Source: Eremomyces bilateralis CBS 781.70 | Taxonomy: Eukaryota | Direction: 5' to 3' (one strand) | Assembly (NCBI GenBank): GCA_010015585.1 | Contig: ML975179.1 | DNA length: 64,000 nt | In this document: one piece after another, positions 51,792 to 63,807 of the stretch | Layout: every line of letters starts with the position of its first letter | How positions within the stretch are numbered: position 1 is the first letter of the stretch | The notes under the pieces: model-generated | What the model was told of the DNA's origin: nothing | The model's input: the letters and a program-made list of their open reading frames with translations, nothing else | Database searches by the model: none | Translations under genes and position numbers: made by a program

Positions 51792-52800
51792 CTAAGCCAG
51801 AAGAGCCATGAGCCCTCGAATCACCCACACACTCGCCAAGGTTCCCACCACCGCCACGACGCCCGTTCGATATCCAGGCCCCGCTTCACTTGCCCCAACC
51901 CCACCAATCGGACCGGCGCTCCCACCGCTCAACGACGAGCCTTCAGTAGAAGTGGGAGCCGATGCGCCTCGGGCCGTGGAAGTCGGGATGCTGTTGGTTG
52001 GAATGACAGTCGCCGCGGCGGGCGTGAAGAACGATTCGGTGCGTGTGAATTGGCTGTAGGAGCTGTCCGCGGCGTCGGAGTCGGTGGCAGAGACGGACCA
52101 GATAGTCGTGGTGGAGACGCGCGTGGTGGTGGCGGTGCTCGTGGAGAGGACGATGTCGTAGTCAAGGGTCCAGGAAAGGTAGGTACTTCAGGATCGGGTC
52201 AGTTTCCAGGACCGCGTGCGGACCATAAGGAGGACTTACTAGGTGATGGTGTACGTGTAGTATCTAGTTCCGCCCCCGCTAGAACCTCCGGTGGGAAGCG
52301 TCGCCGCGGAGGTGGTCGTGGGCGACGATCCCGATCCCGACGATCCGCCTTCGTCGCCGCCGTTTACGGGAGTGCATCCCCTACAAGTCCTGCCATTCCG
52401 GCAGCTCGCTCCATCTGTGCAGCAGTAATAGCCAGGACGCGCATGCGTATCGTAATTGGGACAGCACGTGGATCCAGCAGGCGCGGATCCACCTGAGCAA
52501 CAGATTTCGTCCGAATCAGCGTAGGAACCGTTGGCGCAACAGGTGCCGTCTGTTGGACGGCAGTAGCCGTTGCCGCAAGGGACAAATCCGGTACGACCTA
52601 TTGGACGGATTAGATCAGATAAAGAGAAACCAGAGAATGGTTTGCTAACATGCTCGTCCTTCCAACACACGCTTCTCCAGAGGAAAACCGCGTTCTACAA
52701 GACTGAATCCTTCGAGAGAATCGAGACTGTCTGCGGAGACAAAGGACCCAAGGAGGAGGAAGGCGCTGAGCGCAATATCTCGAAAGTAGCTCCCGTGCAT
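51792..52800 (-). CDS. Secreted Cys-rich, Ser/Thr-rich, probably GPI-anchored cell-surface protein
   Basis: Signal-peptide-like N-terminus (DIALSAFLLLGSFVSA), EKR Kex2-like site, repeated CC motifs, Thr/Ser stalk, hydrophobic C-terminus. Introns 52649-52598 and 52239-52186. Confidence 0.75.
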
Positions 52801-54392
52801 GGTGAACGTCAGTGGTGTTTAAAAGGTGTGACAATGTTCCTCAAGATAGGATCTTGAGGTGCGCCGACGAGAACTTTATAGCCCGCATGAATGACACCGA
52901 ACCGGAAATAGCTCTTTCATCGTGGAATGTCCCTGTCAATGCAGGCAGCGTTCCCTCGCACCAGGAGCCTCATCACACTCGATCGAGGAGACCAGGTCGC
53001 CGGCCATTGGCTCCCGCGAGGATAGAGGAAATTAAACGAGCGGGAGGGAGCAACAAAATTGACCGGACTGAAGCAACGCCTTGGCACAAGCCGACTAGCC
53101 TCAGAGCAGAAGGTGGAGCGGTGCATTTTGTCTTTAGTGACCTGTGATCTGTCGCTCCCTCCTCGGTGGACTAGCCAACTCAGGGATCGCCAGTGGCCAA
53201 GTGCAGGTTGAATACGAGAATGGTCGATCGGTTGTCCAATAAACGAAGGGGGTGACATAAATAAGGACATGGGTGATAAGGCTGGATCAATTCCACAGAG
53301 ACAAGGCAGACTCACCCCACCGGAAATGTCGCTGTGCTTCACCTCGGGATCATCGGAAGGGCACTAAAAGAAAAGATACGACTTAGACAAAGAAAGAATC
53401 GATACTTCATAAAGAGATTGTCGAACATCGACCATCGACTTCGCACTAGCTGTGTCGACTTCTAAAAGCGCTTGCTCACCCGACGACGAGGTCGTGGCAC
53501 AGATATGTTCCTCAATTGGCGCTACAATATGTAGTACTCTGGTTCAGCCACGCCGATCCTTTCCAGGAGTTCCCACTTTCTTGTTGTTTATTCCGCTTTC
53601 CACGATGAAATTGCGGTCTCGTGGAGAGTCGGTTACGGACGGGACTCTCGGAAGACTTCGATGTGGGGGATTGACCAGGCCGCTTCCTTGGAAGTTGAGT
53701 CGGCACATTCGCACCCTGCCTCCAGCAGTCCGGCCCTCCACTGACAGACATCTTGCAGCCTGTCCTGGTTGCCAATACGGAATTCAGGTTGACCCGACCA
53801 CCATGAGTGTAACATGCATGATGCAGTGGTGTCGCTGGTGTGTATCGTTTACTATAGAGAGGTCAAAGTAAGGTTGTTGACGAAAAGATTCCAAGTTGTC
53901 AGAGCCGTGGGGTGTACTGAGGAGTGAGGCCTGAGTAACTAAGTTTGTTTCTACGGTTCCAGGGATTAGCTCGATACTACCTTAGTGGATGGACCCTTGG
54001 ACCCTAGCTTGATGTTTATACTTTGCATGAATCCTCCAGGCTCCAGCAAACTACCCGTACGTACCGATACCCTCTGTCCACTTTGTTGAAGCCACAGTTT
54101 AAAGTGGGTCTAGACTACGTAGTAGGACACCCATGTCCACCGCCGAGGAGCTGCCGCTGTATCAGGAAATGAATGAGCTGATTAGTAATTCTTGACATTC
54201 TTACCAGCTCACTCTAATCCACCAGCCACGTCTTCAGCCACAACCAAGGGAACAGGCCGCAGGCCTGGGACCATAACACTAGGTCAATATAAAGCCTAAC
54301 TACCCTTCTTAGGTAGGAAATAATCTAGGAAAGAGCCACTTGAACTGGAAACATGAATTAGGAGAAGTACGGAATAAGTAGTTAGTTAGTTA

Positions 54393-56264
54393 AGTCAACG
54401 GACCCAATTTCCGTGCAACCCAGTTTCCGTGCACCCCCACCACAGCTCCAATAGGACACAAAGACGAATGGGTTTTGCGGAATGTAACCACCACCATATA
54501 TTTTTCTATACCTGTAATTGAAATTGTGGATAGAGTGACTTAAACATCGCCTTCTGCAATTATTAAGACGTTTCCTCCGGGTTAATTTGAAGTCGTTTTG
54601 CAGCCTTTTGTTCCCTCTCCCTAGCTGCCTCCTGAGCCCCAACAATCTGATCAATCTGAACAAATCGTTCGTTCAGATTGGGCTGAACCCGTTCCCTTTT
54701 CTTGCCAGCAGGCCCTCCTAAGTCTGCAACTGTATTTTCAGCCCTTTGAAGTTCGGCTTTGAGTCGGGCGATTTCCGCGTTCTTCTCTGCCAGCGCCTTT
54801 GCGACCTTCCCCTGAAACCTCCTGAAATCCCGGCCCCCCATTTCGTCTAATTTGGCATCGTATATATCTTTGGGGCCTTTGGGCGTACGGAATGCATAAG
54901 TATACTGGGACTCTGGAGTCACATGACGTTGTATTTGATGGTTCTCGTTTAATTGGGTGCTATTTAATACTTTGTCTGGGTTGAACGGAACCATTCCAGT
55001 TCCACGGAAGCCGGCACGAATATTGTACGAATTCAAAGCTTCTTTTCGGGAATTAGAGTATATAGATATAAAATTATGCTTTTTTACAGGCACGGAATCA
55101 TCTAATGATGCTAATTGGGAGAGCTCTTTATGATATTTGGACTTTAGGGGCGAGAAACACGCGACGTCAAGGGGCTGGAGGAGGTGGGAACAATGGGGGG
55201 GCAAAAACAACAAGAATACGCGGTTGTCCTTGGCCAACTTCATGAACTCGACTGTAGCGTGAGAGCCGTGCCCATCGCATATTAATAGGCGCCATTCCTG
55301 CGCGCCGTTCGCTGCCGGGGAGTTCAGGGGCTTGCTTTCTGACAAAAACTTTTTCTGGAGCCACTGAAGACCGATTTCGTTCGAAGTCCAGGCATTTTCT
55401 GAACTTGTATAGTGCCAATTTGGTATATCTGTCTGCTTAGGAGGGAACCAGGAAGACTGGACCGTTTTTCCTTTGAAGACAACCAAGGGAGAGATTGCTC
55501 GGCCGTCTGCTAATACAGCTTCGATCACTGAGACCCATTCTCGATTTTCTGGGGACTTGACGTATGTATGGCTCTTCTTTCGCCTTTTAGAAGAAGTATG
55601 AACAGGGGCAATTACTCTCCCATTGGTTCCACAGCCAAGGGAGAGGCCGTGCTCGTCGAAATTCCACTGGTTTGAGATCTTTGATGTTGTACTCCGCGCA
55701 GACACGCAGATATGTATCAAAGAACGCTTGGATCGTCTCTTTTGAAGCTTCATTGACGCGGGCGGCCTCGATTGATCGTCCCACCACTGTATTTACCTCC
55801 GGATTGCGTCGTAGAAATCCCTGAGTCCAATTGATACCGCAAGGGGTAGTATCCCCATTTTCTCGTGCAATTGCCTCAGCCATTTGGCGTACTCTTGCAT
55901 GGGAGGGGGCTCTGGCAGCGAGATCTTCTTCCTGGATCATTCGACCAGCCATTTTTCCTGCTCGGGAGATAACTTCTGAAGTTTCTTCGAACTATTTTGG
56001 TGGGAATCGTTGCCGTTGAGTCTGTCCCGAAGTGTAGATCTCTTGATACCGTACGCATCCGCACATTTATTCAGCGAGTCAAATTTTTGGTCATGGAAAG
56101 CATTGATAGCTTGTTGGACAGCCTCTTCATTAATACGAGGCATCCTGATAATATTAGATGGTGTTGTTGAATTTATTTCATTGATCAAAAGCGCTCTACG
56201 TATCTACGTATTATCTCAAGGGGTGCACGGAATCTGGGTTGCACGGAAAGTGGGTCTGTTGACT
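54393..56264 (-). mobile_element. Fot1/pogo-family (Tc1-mariner superfamily) DNA transposon, 1872 bp, transposase frameshifted
   Basis: 45-bp TIRs (54393-54437 and 56220-56264, 3 mismatches) starting AGTCAA; TA target duplication at 54391-92 and 56265-66. Transposase 56143-54563 has HTH domains and WNFDE / CDGH / QPLD (DD35D). Confidence 0.95.
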
Positions 56265-56578
56265 TACGGAAGATTCGAATTAAACTGCTTATCGATCCCT
56301 TGACGACAGGGGGTTACAGAATTAACATCCTTAATTCGTTGAGACCTAACTGCATCTGTACTTGCGATTGACATACCCCTCAATTCTTCCCCAGGGGTCG
56401 AAGAAGCGAATGAACGAAGCGTAACCAGTTCAGGTACCGAGCAATTGACACCGAATGAATGGATCAATTTATAATGGCATTGCCGGCTCTTCTATAAATC
56501 ATGGATAGCCAATGCTTAGTGATCGAATGCCGTTACCGTTGCCATCTTCAAGATATACTTTGTGTTTTTTATATCAAC

Positions 56579-57798
56579 ATGCCGAGCAAACCAGCCCCCC
56601 TCCGCACACTCGGGAAGAATGGCCCAGCTGTCCCTGCCATGGGTTTCGGCCTGATGGGCCTCTCCGGAATCCACGGGCCCCGTCCCAGCGACGAAGAACG
56701 ATTCCAGGTCCTCGACCACGCGGTCGAACTCGGGAGCACGTTTTGGGATACCGCCAAGTGAGCCTAGCACAGGCACCACCTCGACGTCGCTAAATCTCCG
56801 CAGCGTCTACGGCGACAGCGAGGATCTATTGAGCCGATGGTTTGCGCGCACGGGGAAACGAGGGGAGATCTTCCTGGCGTCGAAGTTTGCGCTGATTATT
56901 GGGGAGGGGAGGGGGATTAAGGGCGTGGATAGCTCGGGGGAGTACTGCAAACGTGCATGCGAGGCGAGTCTGAAGAGGCTAGGGACCGATTATATTGATC
57001 TTTGTGAGAACCTTCCGTCGCCCTGATGGGCCTGTGACCCGGTTGACGTCAGTTCATTGCTCTTACCTAATCAGATTACGCCCATCGGGTCAATCCTAAG
57101 ACCCCTATTGAGGAGACGATGCGAGCAATGGCAGAACTGAAAGCGTAAGTGCGATGGAGTTGAAACGATACCATCTAACCGGTTCCAGAGAGGGCAAGAT
57201 CAGAAATATTGGGCTTTGCGGGGTGAGCTCCAATACACTTCGGCGTGCGTGTGCCATTGCACCAGTCGCTGCAGTCCAGTTCGAGTACTCCCCGTTTGTT
57301 CTGGATATCGAACAAGCCAGCAGCACCCACCTTCTCCAGACCTGCCGTGAACTTGGCATCGCTGTCGTCTGCTACTCGCCGCTTGGACGCGGGATGCTCT
57401 CGGAAGCCTTCACCGCCAAAGGACCGTCTGAGGCCAAGGATTCCCGCGCATCCCGGTTCCCTCAGTTCCGCGAGGAGAACCGTGATGGAAACGCGAAGAT
57501 CGTCCGCCAGTTCAAAGCATTCGCCGACAAGAAAGGCTGCTCCACGTCGCAGTTGGCCCTCGCGTGGATCCTCAAACAGGGCGACGAGATGTTTCCGATT
57601 CCCGGGACGAAGCGGATCAAGTACCTGGAGGAGAATTGGGGGGCGCTCGATGTCCAGCTGACGGATGACGATGCGGCCGACGTGCGGAGATTTGTGGAAG
57701 GCGCCGAGCTCGCGGGCGATGCGGGGCCTGCGGCGTCGAAGGCTTTCGCATTTGTAGATACGAAGGAGGACGCTGAAAGACCTAACGAGAGACTTTAA
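56579..57798 (+). CDS. Aldo-keto reductase (YakC-like)
   Basis: LGKNGPAVPAMGFGLMG, FWDTA|NVYGDSE, FLASKF, SLKRLGTDYIDL|YYAHR, YSPLGRG, PIPGTK; three introns. Confidence 0.92.
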
Positions 57799-58059
57799 GT
57801 TGAAGCTCCATCTTCAATAGCCTCCGGGTATCTCAAAGCTGTTCATACCCTATAGTAACCGATGGTCTTACAGGCCGATGGGTTCATTCAATCAGGCTAT
57901 GTGGACATCCCATTTCGGTCACTGCAGTCGACACCATGGAGGTCCCACGTGAGTCTAACATAGCGCGAACAGAACCCAATGGTGTTGAATGTAGGAAAAG
58001 GAAGAACTTCTAGTTACATGACTGTTGACGGGAGGTCATGTTGGTGCCTGGATATCCAT

Positions 58060-58300
58060 TCCTCCGGGGGAGAAGAAATTGAGTTACCTTTCTTGGCATT
58101 CCCCTAAGCACAGTTCCCACGATCTTAACCAGAACGCGGCGGAGAATTCACCAAAACAGGCCTCTAGTAGTTGCTTAATTAGGAAAAGAGCATACTTTTT
58201 GGTATTATGTTGTTTTTGAGCGAATTGGGCCTGTCTGTAATGGTGGTGATGGTTGCGGGAATGCCAAGAAACGTAACTCAATTTCTTCCCCCCCGGAGGA
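58060..58300. mobile_element. MITE-like element with 44-bp terminal inverted repeats
   Basis: 58060-58103 is the reverse complement of 58257-58300 with 2 mismatches; about 150 bp non-coding core; no clear target-site duplication. Confidence 0.6.
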
Positions 58301-58652
58301 TTATATGCCTGAGGCATAACAGTGTGCAGTCCCTCCGTCTTGGAGTGCATATCACGTGAACTCCGACAAGAGATTCACTCCACCAATCACAACAAGTGTT
58401 CGCCATCGAATCAGAATGTCGCCCCTCCCTCAGAGTCAACACTTCGAGTGACAGGATTCCGCAGACGGACATTTCTTGATATGATTCACCATTCTCAAAT
58501 TATTTAAAACGTCAACACCACCCTAGGATTATATTTCTCCATTCTCCGGTTCTCCCCAATGCAATACACACTGACCTACTAGCTACCAAAACGACACATC
58601 TACATCAAAGGAAAATCAACCATCCCGATCTTCGTGAGCATCATTTGACACG

Positions 58653-59763
58653 ATGGCCGACTCACCAGCAGCCACCAACGGCACCGACAAGCCTAAGAAG
58701 ATCACCTTTCGCTTCTGTCAAGAATGGTCAGTCCTCTTTCCGCACTCCCATGCAGTCTGCTAACATCGTTCTTCTCTTCCCCAGCTCGAACATGCTCTAT
58801 CCCCACGAAGAGACGTCCACGAACAAGCTCCTCTTCCAGTGCCGCTCCTGCCACTGGAAGGAAGACGCCCCCATCTCCGTCATCTACCGCAACGAAATGA
58901 GCAACACGGTGGGCGAAACAGCCGGCATCACACAGGATGTCGCCCAAGATCCCACGGTTGGTGGTTCCCGCGGTTCCCACACATCTTCCTCTTCCCCCAG
59001 CAACCCTGTCCCCAACGACTCTGTGCAAGGCGCGCGGCTTCTCTCTCCCACGTCCATGTCCGCCGACCCCTCCTCCGACTTCCCCCCGCTCAGTCCCCTC
59101 CTCCGCGCGCTCCCCCTCGACACGCCCGACTTCTGCACGATGTGCGGACAGGAGATCTTCTGCGTGACATGCGGCGAGGAGGTCGAGACGGGGTGTTTCC
59201 TCGAGACGGAGGAGACTGAGGCAGACTCGGTCCGCACCCTGGCGGCGATGTCGGGCGAGCGGACGATCGGTTACGACTGCCTGCCCGACGCGTTGCGATC
59301 GTCGAATTTAGATACCGAGCGAATGGAGGATTCCTGACCGCGAGAGACCGACCACGAAAGAACCATCCCGTATTCGCCCGAGAGAGAAGCCACGCCGTCT
59401 ATACACACTTCGTTCTATACCCCTTATTAAACACTGAGTTACCTCTTGTCATGATGAGTCCCTTACTCTCTACTATATTTGATGCGTTTATATGCGTTTC
59501 CGTCTTCGTCTTGGTTTGATAAGGCAATTTCGGCAAACGCTGACTTCTGTTGGTTTCGGATTTCTAGCTCCCCCGAGTCACGAAACCGTGCCCGAATTGC
59601 CAGGAGACCGAGGCCGTCTTCTTTCAAAGTCAGCAACGGACCGCGGAGACAGGGATGGTGAGTCGAAGTCCGAGCGATCTACCCTAACAGATGTCCTAAT
59701 GCTAGCGGATAGAAACTGTACTTTGTCTGCTGCAGCTGTGGACACGTGTGGCAAGAGGCCTAA
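58653..59763 (+). CDS. RPB9: RNA polymerase II subunit Rpb9 (canonical spliced form)
   Basis: Exons 58653-58726, 58785-58956, 59568-59657 and 59713-59763 give FRFCQECSNMLYP..CRSC..DPT|LPR..CPNC..EAVFFQSQQRTAETGM|KLYFVCCSCGHVW. Confidence 0.95.
58957..59337 (+). CDS. Putative alternative terminal coding segment of RPB9 within intron 2 (CxxC-x6-CxxC)
   Basis: In frame with exon 2 and stop-free for 126 codons; contains DFCTMCGQEIFCVTCGEE; TGA at 59335-59337. Confidence 0.6.
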   Translation, partial: VGGSRGSHTSSSSPSNPVPNDSVQGARLLSPTSMSADPSSDFPPLSPLLRALPLDTPDFCTMCGQEIFCVTCGEEVETGCFLETEETEADSVRTLAAMSGERTIGYDCLPDALRSSNLDTERMEDS

Positions 59764-60057
59764 ATCACGAATCGGGCGTTTTGGGGTTCGGGGTACCGGG
59801 ATAGCGGATGGCATGGAGATTTTGGAAGATGGATCCAAACATTCATAATGCCGATGGCGGCATCGAACGTAGTTCCAACATACCCGCGATTTTTTGTTTC
59901 CGGAGTCTCCAGGAAAAAGCACCGGCGCATATGATGAAGCGACTCCACATAGCATTTGGATAGGAGTTGATATAAAATCCAAATCAATCCCTTTTCTATA
60001 TATACACATCTTTCCGTTAACGCCGTCCATGCGAAACCTTCCTCTCCCCTCCCCGCA

Positions 60058-60658
60058 CTATAAATGCATTGGCGCCAACGACAAAATCTTCGACCACCCG
60101 TTCTTCCTCAACTCCGCTCCCACGATCCCGCTGATCCGCGTCCCGATCGGCTCCCCGGTCTTGTTGATCAGCACACATGCATTGTCGTCGAAGCGCACGA
60201 CGCTGCCGTCCTTCCGCTGCATCTTGGAGCGCGTGCGCACGACGACGGCGTGGCGGATGTCGCCGCGGCGGACCTTGTTGGCGGCAGAGACGGAGACGCT
60301 GCCGCCGGATTCGGGGCCGAAGGAGCGCTGTTTTTGGACGACGACGATGATGCGATCGCCTGGGGGTTGGGGTTAGTCGGGGGCTCTGGAATGGGACGAG
60401 ATTGTGGGAGGATAGTGGGAGAAGACAAGAGGGCATGGCGGTAGGAAAGCATCGGAGGACTCGATCGCATGGGTCCGGGCCGGGGGGAGATGAGTACATA
60501 CCGATTTTCGCAGCGCGGTGCATCTTCAGGACTTTGACGCATTCGACAATGGCGGCGCCGGAGTTGTCAATGCAGTTGACCATGGTCTAGAGAGATGTTA
60601 GTTGTCTAGAGAGACATAAGGTGCAGGAGAATGGGAAACGGACCTTGAGTTGGATCAT
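60058..60658 (-). CDS. MRPL38: Mitochondrial ribosomal protein uL14m
   Basis: [55 protein letters not shown]; two introns. Confidence 0.92.
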
Positions 60659-61306
60659 CTTGACGAGTGCGACAACCCTCCTTGAGGGCCAGTCCTTCCT
60701 CTGTCAACTATGCACGGGTTGTGAGGGAATGCGATCTTGAGATGGGCGATTAAAGGTGGAGAGTGGGAATAACATTTGATATCAGATTGTTGCAACCATC
60801 GTGCAAGGACCCCATGCGATCCATCTCGTGTTGAGCCTGAGGCTGTCAGGCTGCAAAGAACGACCCTTGGTTCCCAGCCCCCGAAGCTTCCAATTCACAG
60901 CCACGATGGACGATGACAACTGAAGAGTGAATGTCGGATTGGCCAATCTTCTTCAATAGTAATTCCCCAAGGAGTCTCGCCGTGTTCATTCTTTTGCGGC
61001 CTTCTCTCCGACCACTCTCTCCACACTCCCCAACTTTCCATTTCTTCCAATCGTCCAATCGTCCCTCAAACCGTCCGAACATGCTTGGTCCCTTCGCGCC
61101 GTAGCCTTGTTCATGTGCTGCTTCGTACTCAACCCCCGTCGACGTCACTGCCATTCAGCTTCGCGCTGTTGAGTTCGCACACCGACAACCGGTATTGAGG
61201 GCGTGGAGATTGGATGGTGTGCATGAGGTGCATGAGAAGGAGCTACAGTCATTTCTGAATTCTATCGCTACGGTTATTTATTGCACCTGAATAAACAGCC
61301 GCGGCC

Positions 61307-63807
61307 ATGTCGCTCAAAGAGGTAGTCGTCAAGAAAGGGGTGCTAACACTGGCGCAACTGGCCAACTACGACGACGTGATCACGGATGCGCTTATTGACC
61401 ATGTACGTTACATTCGATACCGCTCTCCTTACTCTACCATGCATTCTCCCGTCCAGCGATGCAATGCGACTGACACAGCCACTAGGTGTATTTCTGGACC
61501 TCGATCCGCAAGAACAAAGCGCGTTTCTTCCCTTCCCGCGGCATTGGTGAGGAGGATATCGCAAACATCCTGCGCGACTGCATCGTCGTTGAGAAGAACG
61601 TCAACAAAGCTGTCGACCAGCTCCTCAAGGTCCGCGGCATCAAGGCGTTCTTCGACCGGCTGAAAGCACCGCATGAGCGCGACCATTTCGTCAAGCACCT
61701 AAAGAAATATGTGCAGATCTACCTTCCCGACTGCCCGTTTGAGGTTACGACGACCAATCGCTACACCATATCCACCTACGAAGCGGCCGTTACTGCCCGA
61801 CGGTCCCTCAAGAAGGACGAGGAGATTAAATACCTGACCGGAATCCAGGTCCCGTTGACCAAAGAAGAGGAGAAAACCCTGGACCTCACCCGGCGCGATT
61901 TCAGCATCGTCATGTCCAGCCGCAAGAAAGCCCCCTCCCTCTTCCTCGGTCCCGCTCGCTTCGCCAACCACGACTGCTCCGCCAATGCGACCCTCTCCAC
62001 CCGCGGCATGCAAGGCATGCAAGTCGTCGCGACCCGCCCCATCGACGTGGGTGAGGAGATCACCGTGACCTACGGCGAGGACTACTTCGGCGACGACAAC
62101 TATGAGTGCCTCTGCGCGACCTGCGAGCGGCTGTGGCGCAACGGCTGGGCGCCGGCCGACCGGGTGCTGCGGGAATCGGTACACGCGTCCGTGGCGGCGG
62201 CGACGGAGGAGGTGGAGATGGCGCAGCCGTATTCATTTCGGAACAAGCGGAAGTTCGTGGACGAGTCGGCGCAGGTGTCGAGGTCGGCGACGCCGGATGT
62301 GTTGGGGAAGAGGCGGCGGCTGGCGGTGGGAGGAGCGCCGGCGGGTTCGCCGCCGGCAACGCCGAGGGGACGACGGACATTGCGCGTGCCAGAGATGAAA
62401 AAAAAAAGGAGTGGCTCGAATCTTGGGACAGAGGTGGTGGCGGAGAATGTGGGGGATCCGATCACATCAACGGAAAAAGAACCCTGGACCCCGAAAGCGC
62501 TGAAGACGTCCGCGAGCATTCCTTCTACCCCAAAGTCGTCCAAGTCGTCTTCGGCTCGGGAGGAGCTAAAGCAGGCATATGCGAGGGCCCTTGCAAGGCG
62601 ACTAGGCCAGACTCAGAAAGATATCGCACAGCCCGACATCCCAGAGCAAACAACGGATGCAGACGAAATCAGGGACATATCGATTACCAAATCATCGTTA
62701 CGGAGCAGCAGTAGAGCCGAAACTAGCTCACCTTCGACGAAGACCAGGCGAGTTGACACGCCCGACATCCCGATCACCCCGGCTGCACTACGAAAGTTGG
62801 ATAGAGTGGCGGCCGAGAAAGCGGACACGACGGAGGCGGTTCAAGAGCGGGACATCTCGATTACGCGATCCTCCTTGCGCAACAGTAGTCAGGCGATGAT
62901 ATCGAACGTGCCTTCGCCGGATTCCGATGCGTCGACGCCAGTATCATCCACGGAGTCCTCAATGGGATCGTCCCATAACTCCCAAGCGACCGAGGCGACA
63001 TCCATTGGCGACCTGCCACTACCCGATCCCGGGATTGAGGTCAAATCCGAGCAGGTCGAGACATCGACGAAGTCGATCGAGGAGAACCGCGAAGAACCCC
63101 TCCCCACCCCGAATCGGCTTCAATTATCCCTGAAACCGTCCATCAGTTCCCTTAGCGAGCTATCTGACCTCTCCGAAACCTGCGATATCGACCACGACAC
63201 CCTCGAGGCCGTCCGCCATCCCGTTCTCTCCGCTTCCTCCCTGAAACGCGGCCGCGGGCGACCCCCCAACTCCCAACGCACGCAGCCCCGCTCCCACCTC
63301 GCCTCCGCAACCCGCGCATCTGACTCCCCCATCCCCACCACTGAACCCCACCCTCCCCCCTCCCCCACCGGCTCCACAGCCAGCCAAACCGATAACGGCC
63401 CACACCGCACCCCCGGTGACTACTCCCAAACCGCCCTTCTCCTCAGCACGCCCTTTAGCCGCTGGGTGACCTGCCAAACCTGCGCTTCCCCCTTCCTCCA
63501 ACACGACGCGTACTTGACGCGGGCCGGCTGTCCGCGGTGCGAGCGGCACAGCATGCTGTACGGGTACGCGTGGCCGAAGACGGAGAAAGAGGGGCGGTGG
63601 GATAGAGAGGAGCGGGTGCGGGATCATCGGGAGGTGCATCGGTTTGTGGACCCGAAGGAGGAGCGGGGGATACGGAAGGGGAGGAGGTGGAAGTTGGAGG
63701 ATAGTAGGGAGGTGGAGGAGGAGGAAGAGGAAGAGGAAGAGGGGGTGGAGGTGGAGGGGAAAGTGGAGGGGAAGAGGGGAAGTCTGAGAAGGAAGACGAG
63801 GGCGTGA
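61307..63807 (+). CDS. SET9: Histone H4K20 methyltransferase Set9 (KMT5)
   Basis: LANYDDVITDALID|VYFWTSIRK, DFSIVMSSRK, LFLGPARFANHDC, EEITVTYG..YFG..CLCATCE; intron 61403-61485. Confidence 0.93.

Noticed and set aside
59450..59545. ATGATGA...CTGA pair in RPB9 intron 2 resembling a C/D snoRNA
   Set aside because: The CTGA is part of the branch point (GCTGAC), there is no terminal stem, and I recognised no rRNA guide sequence.
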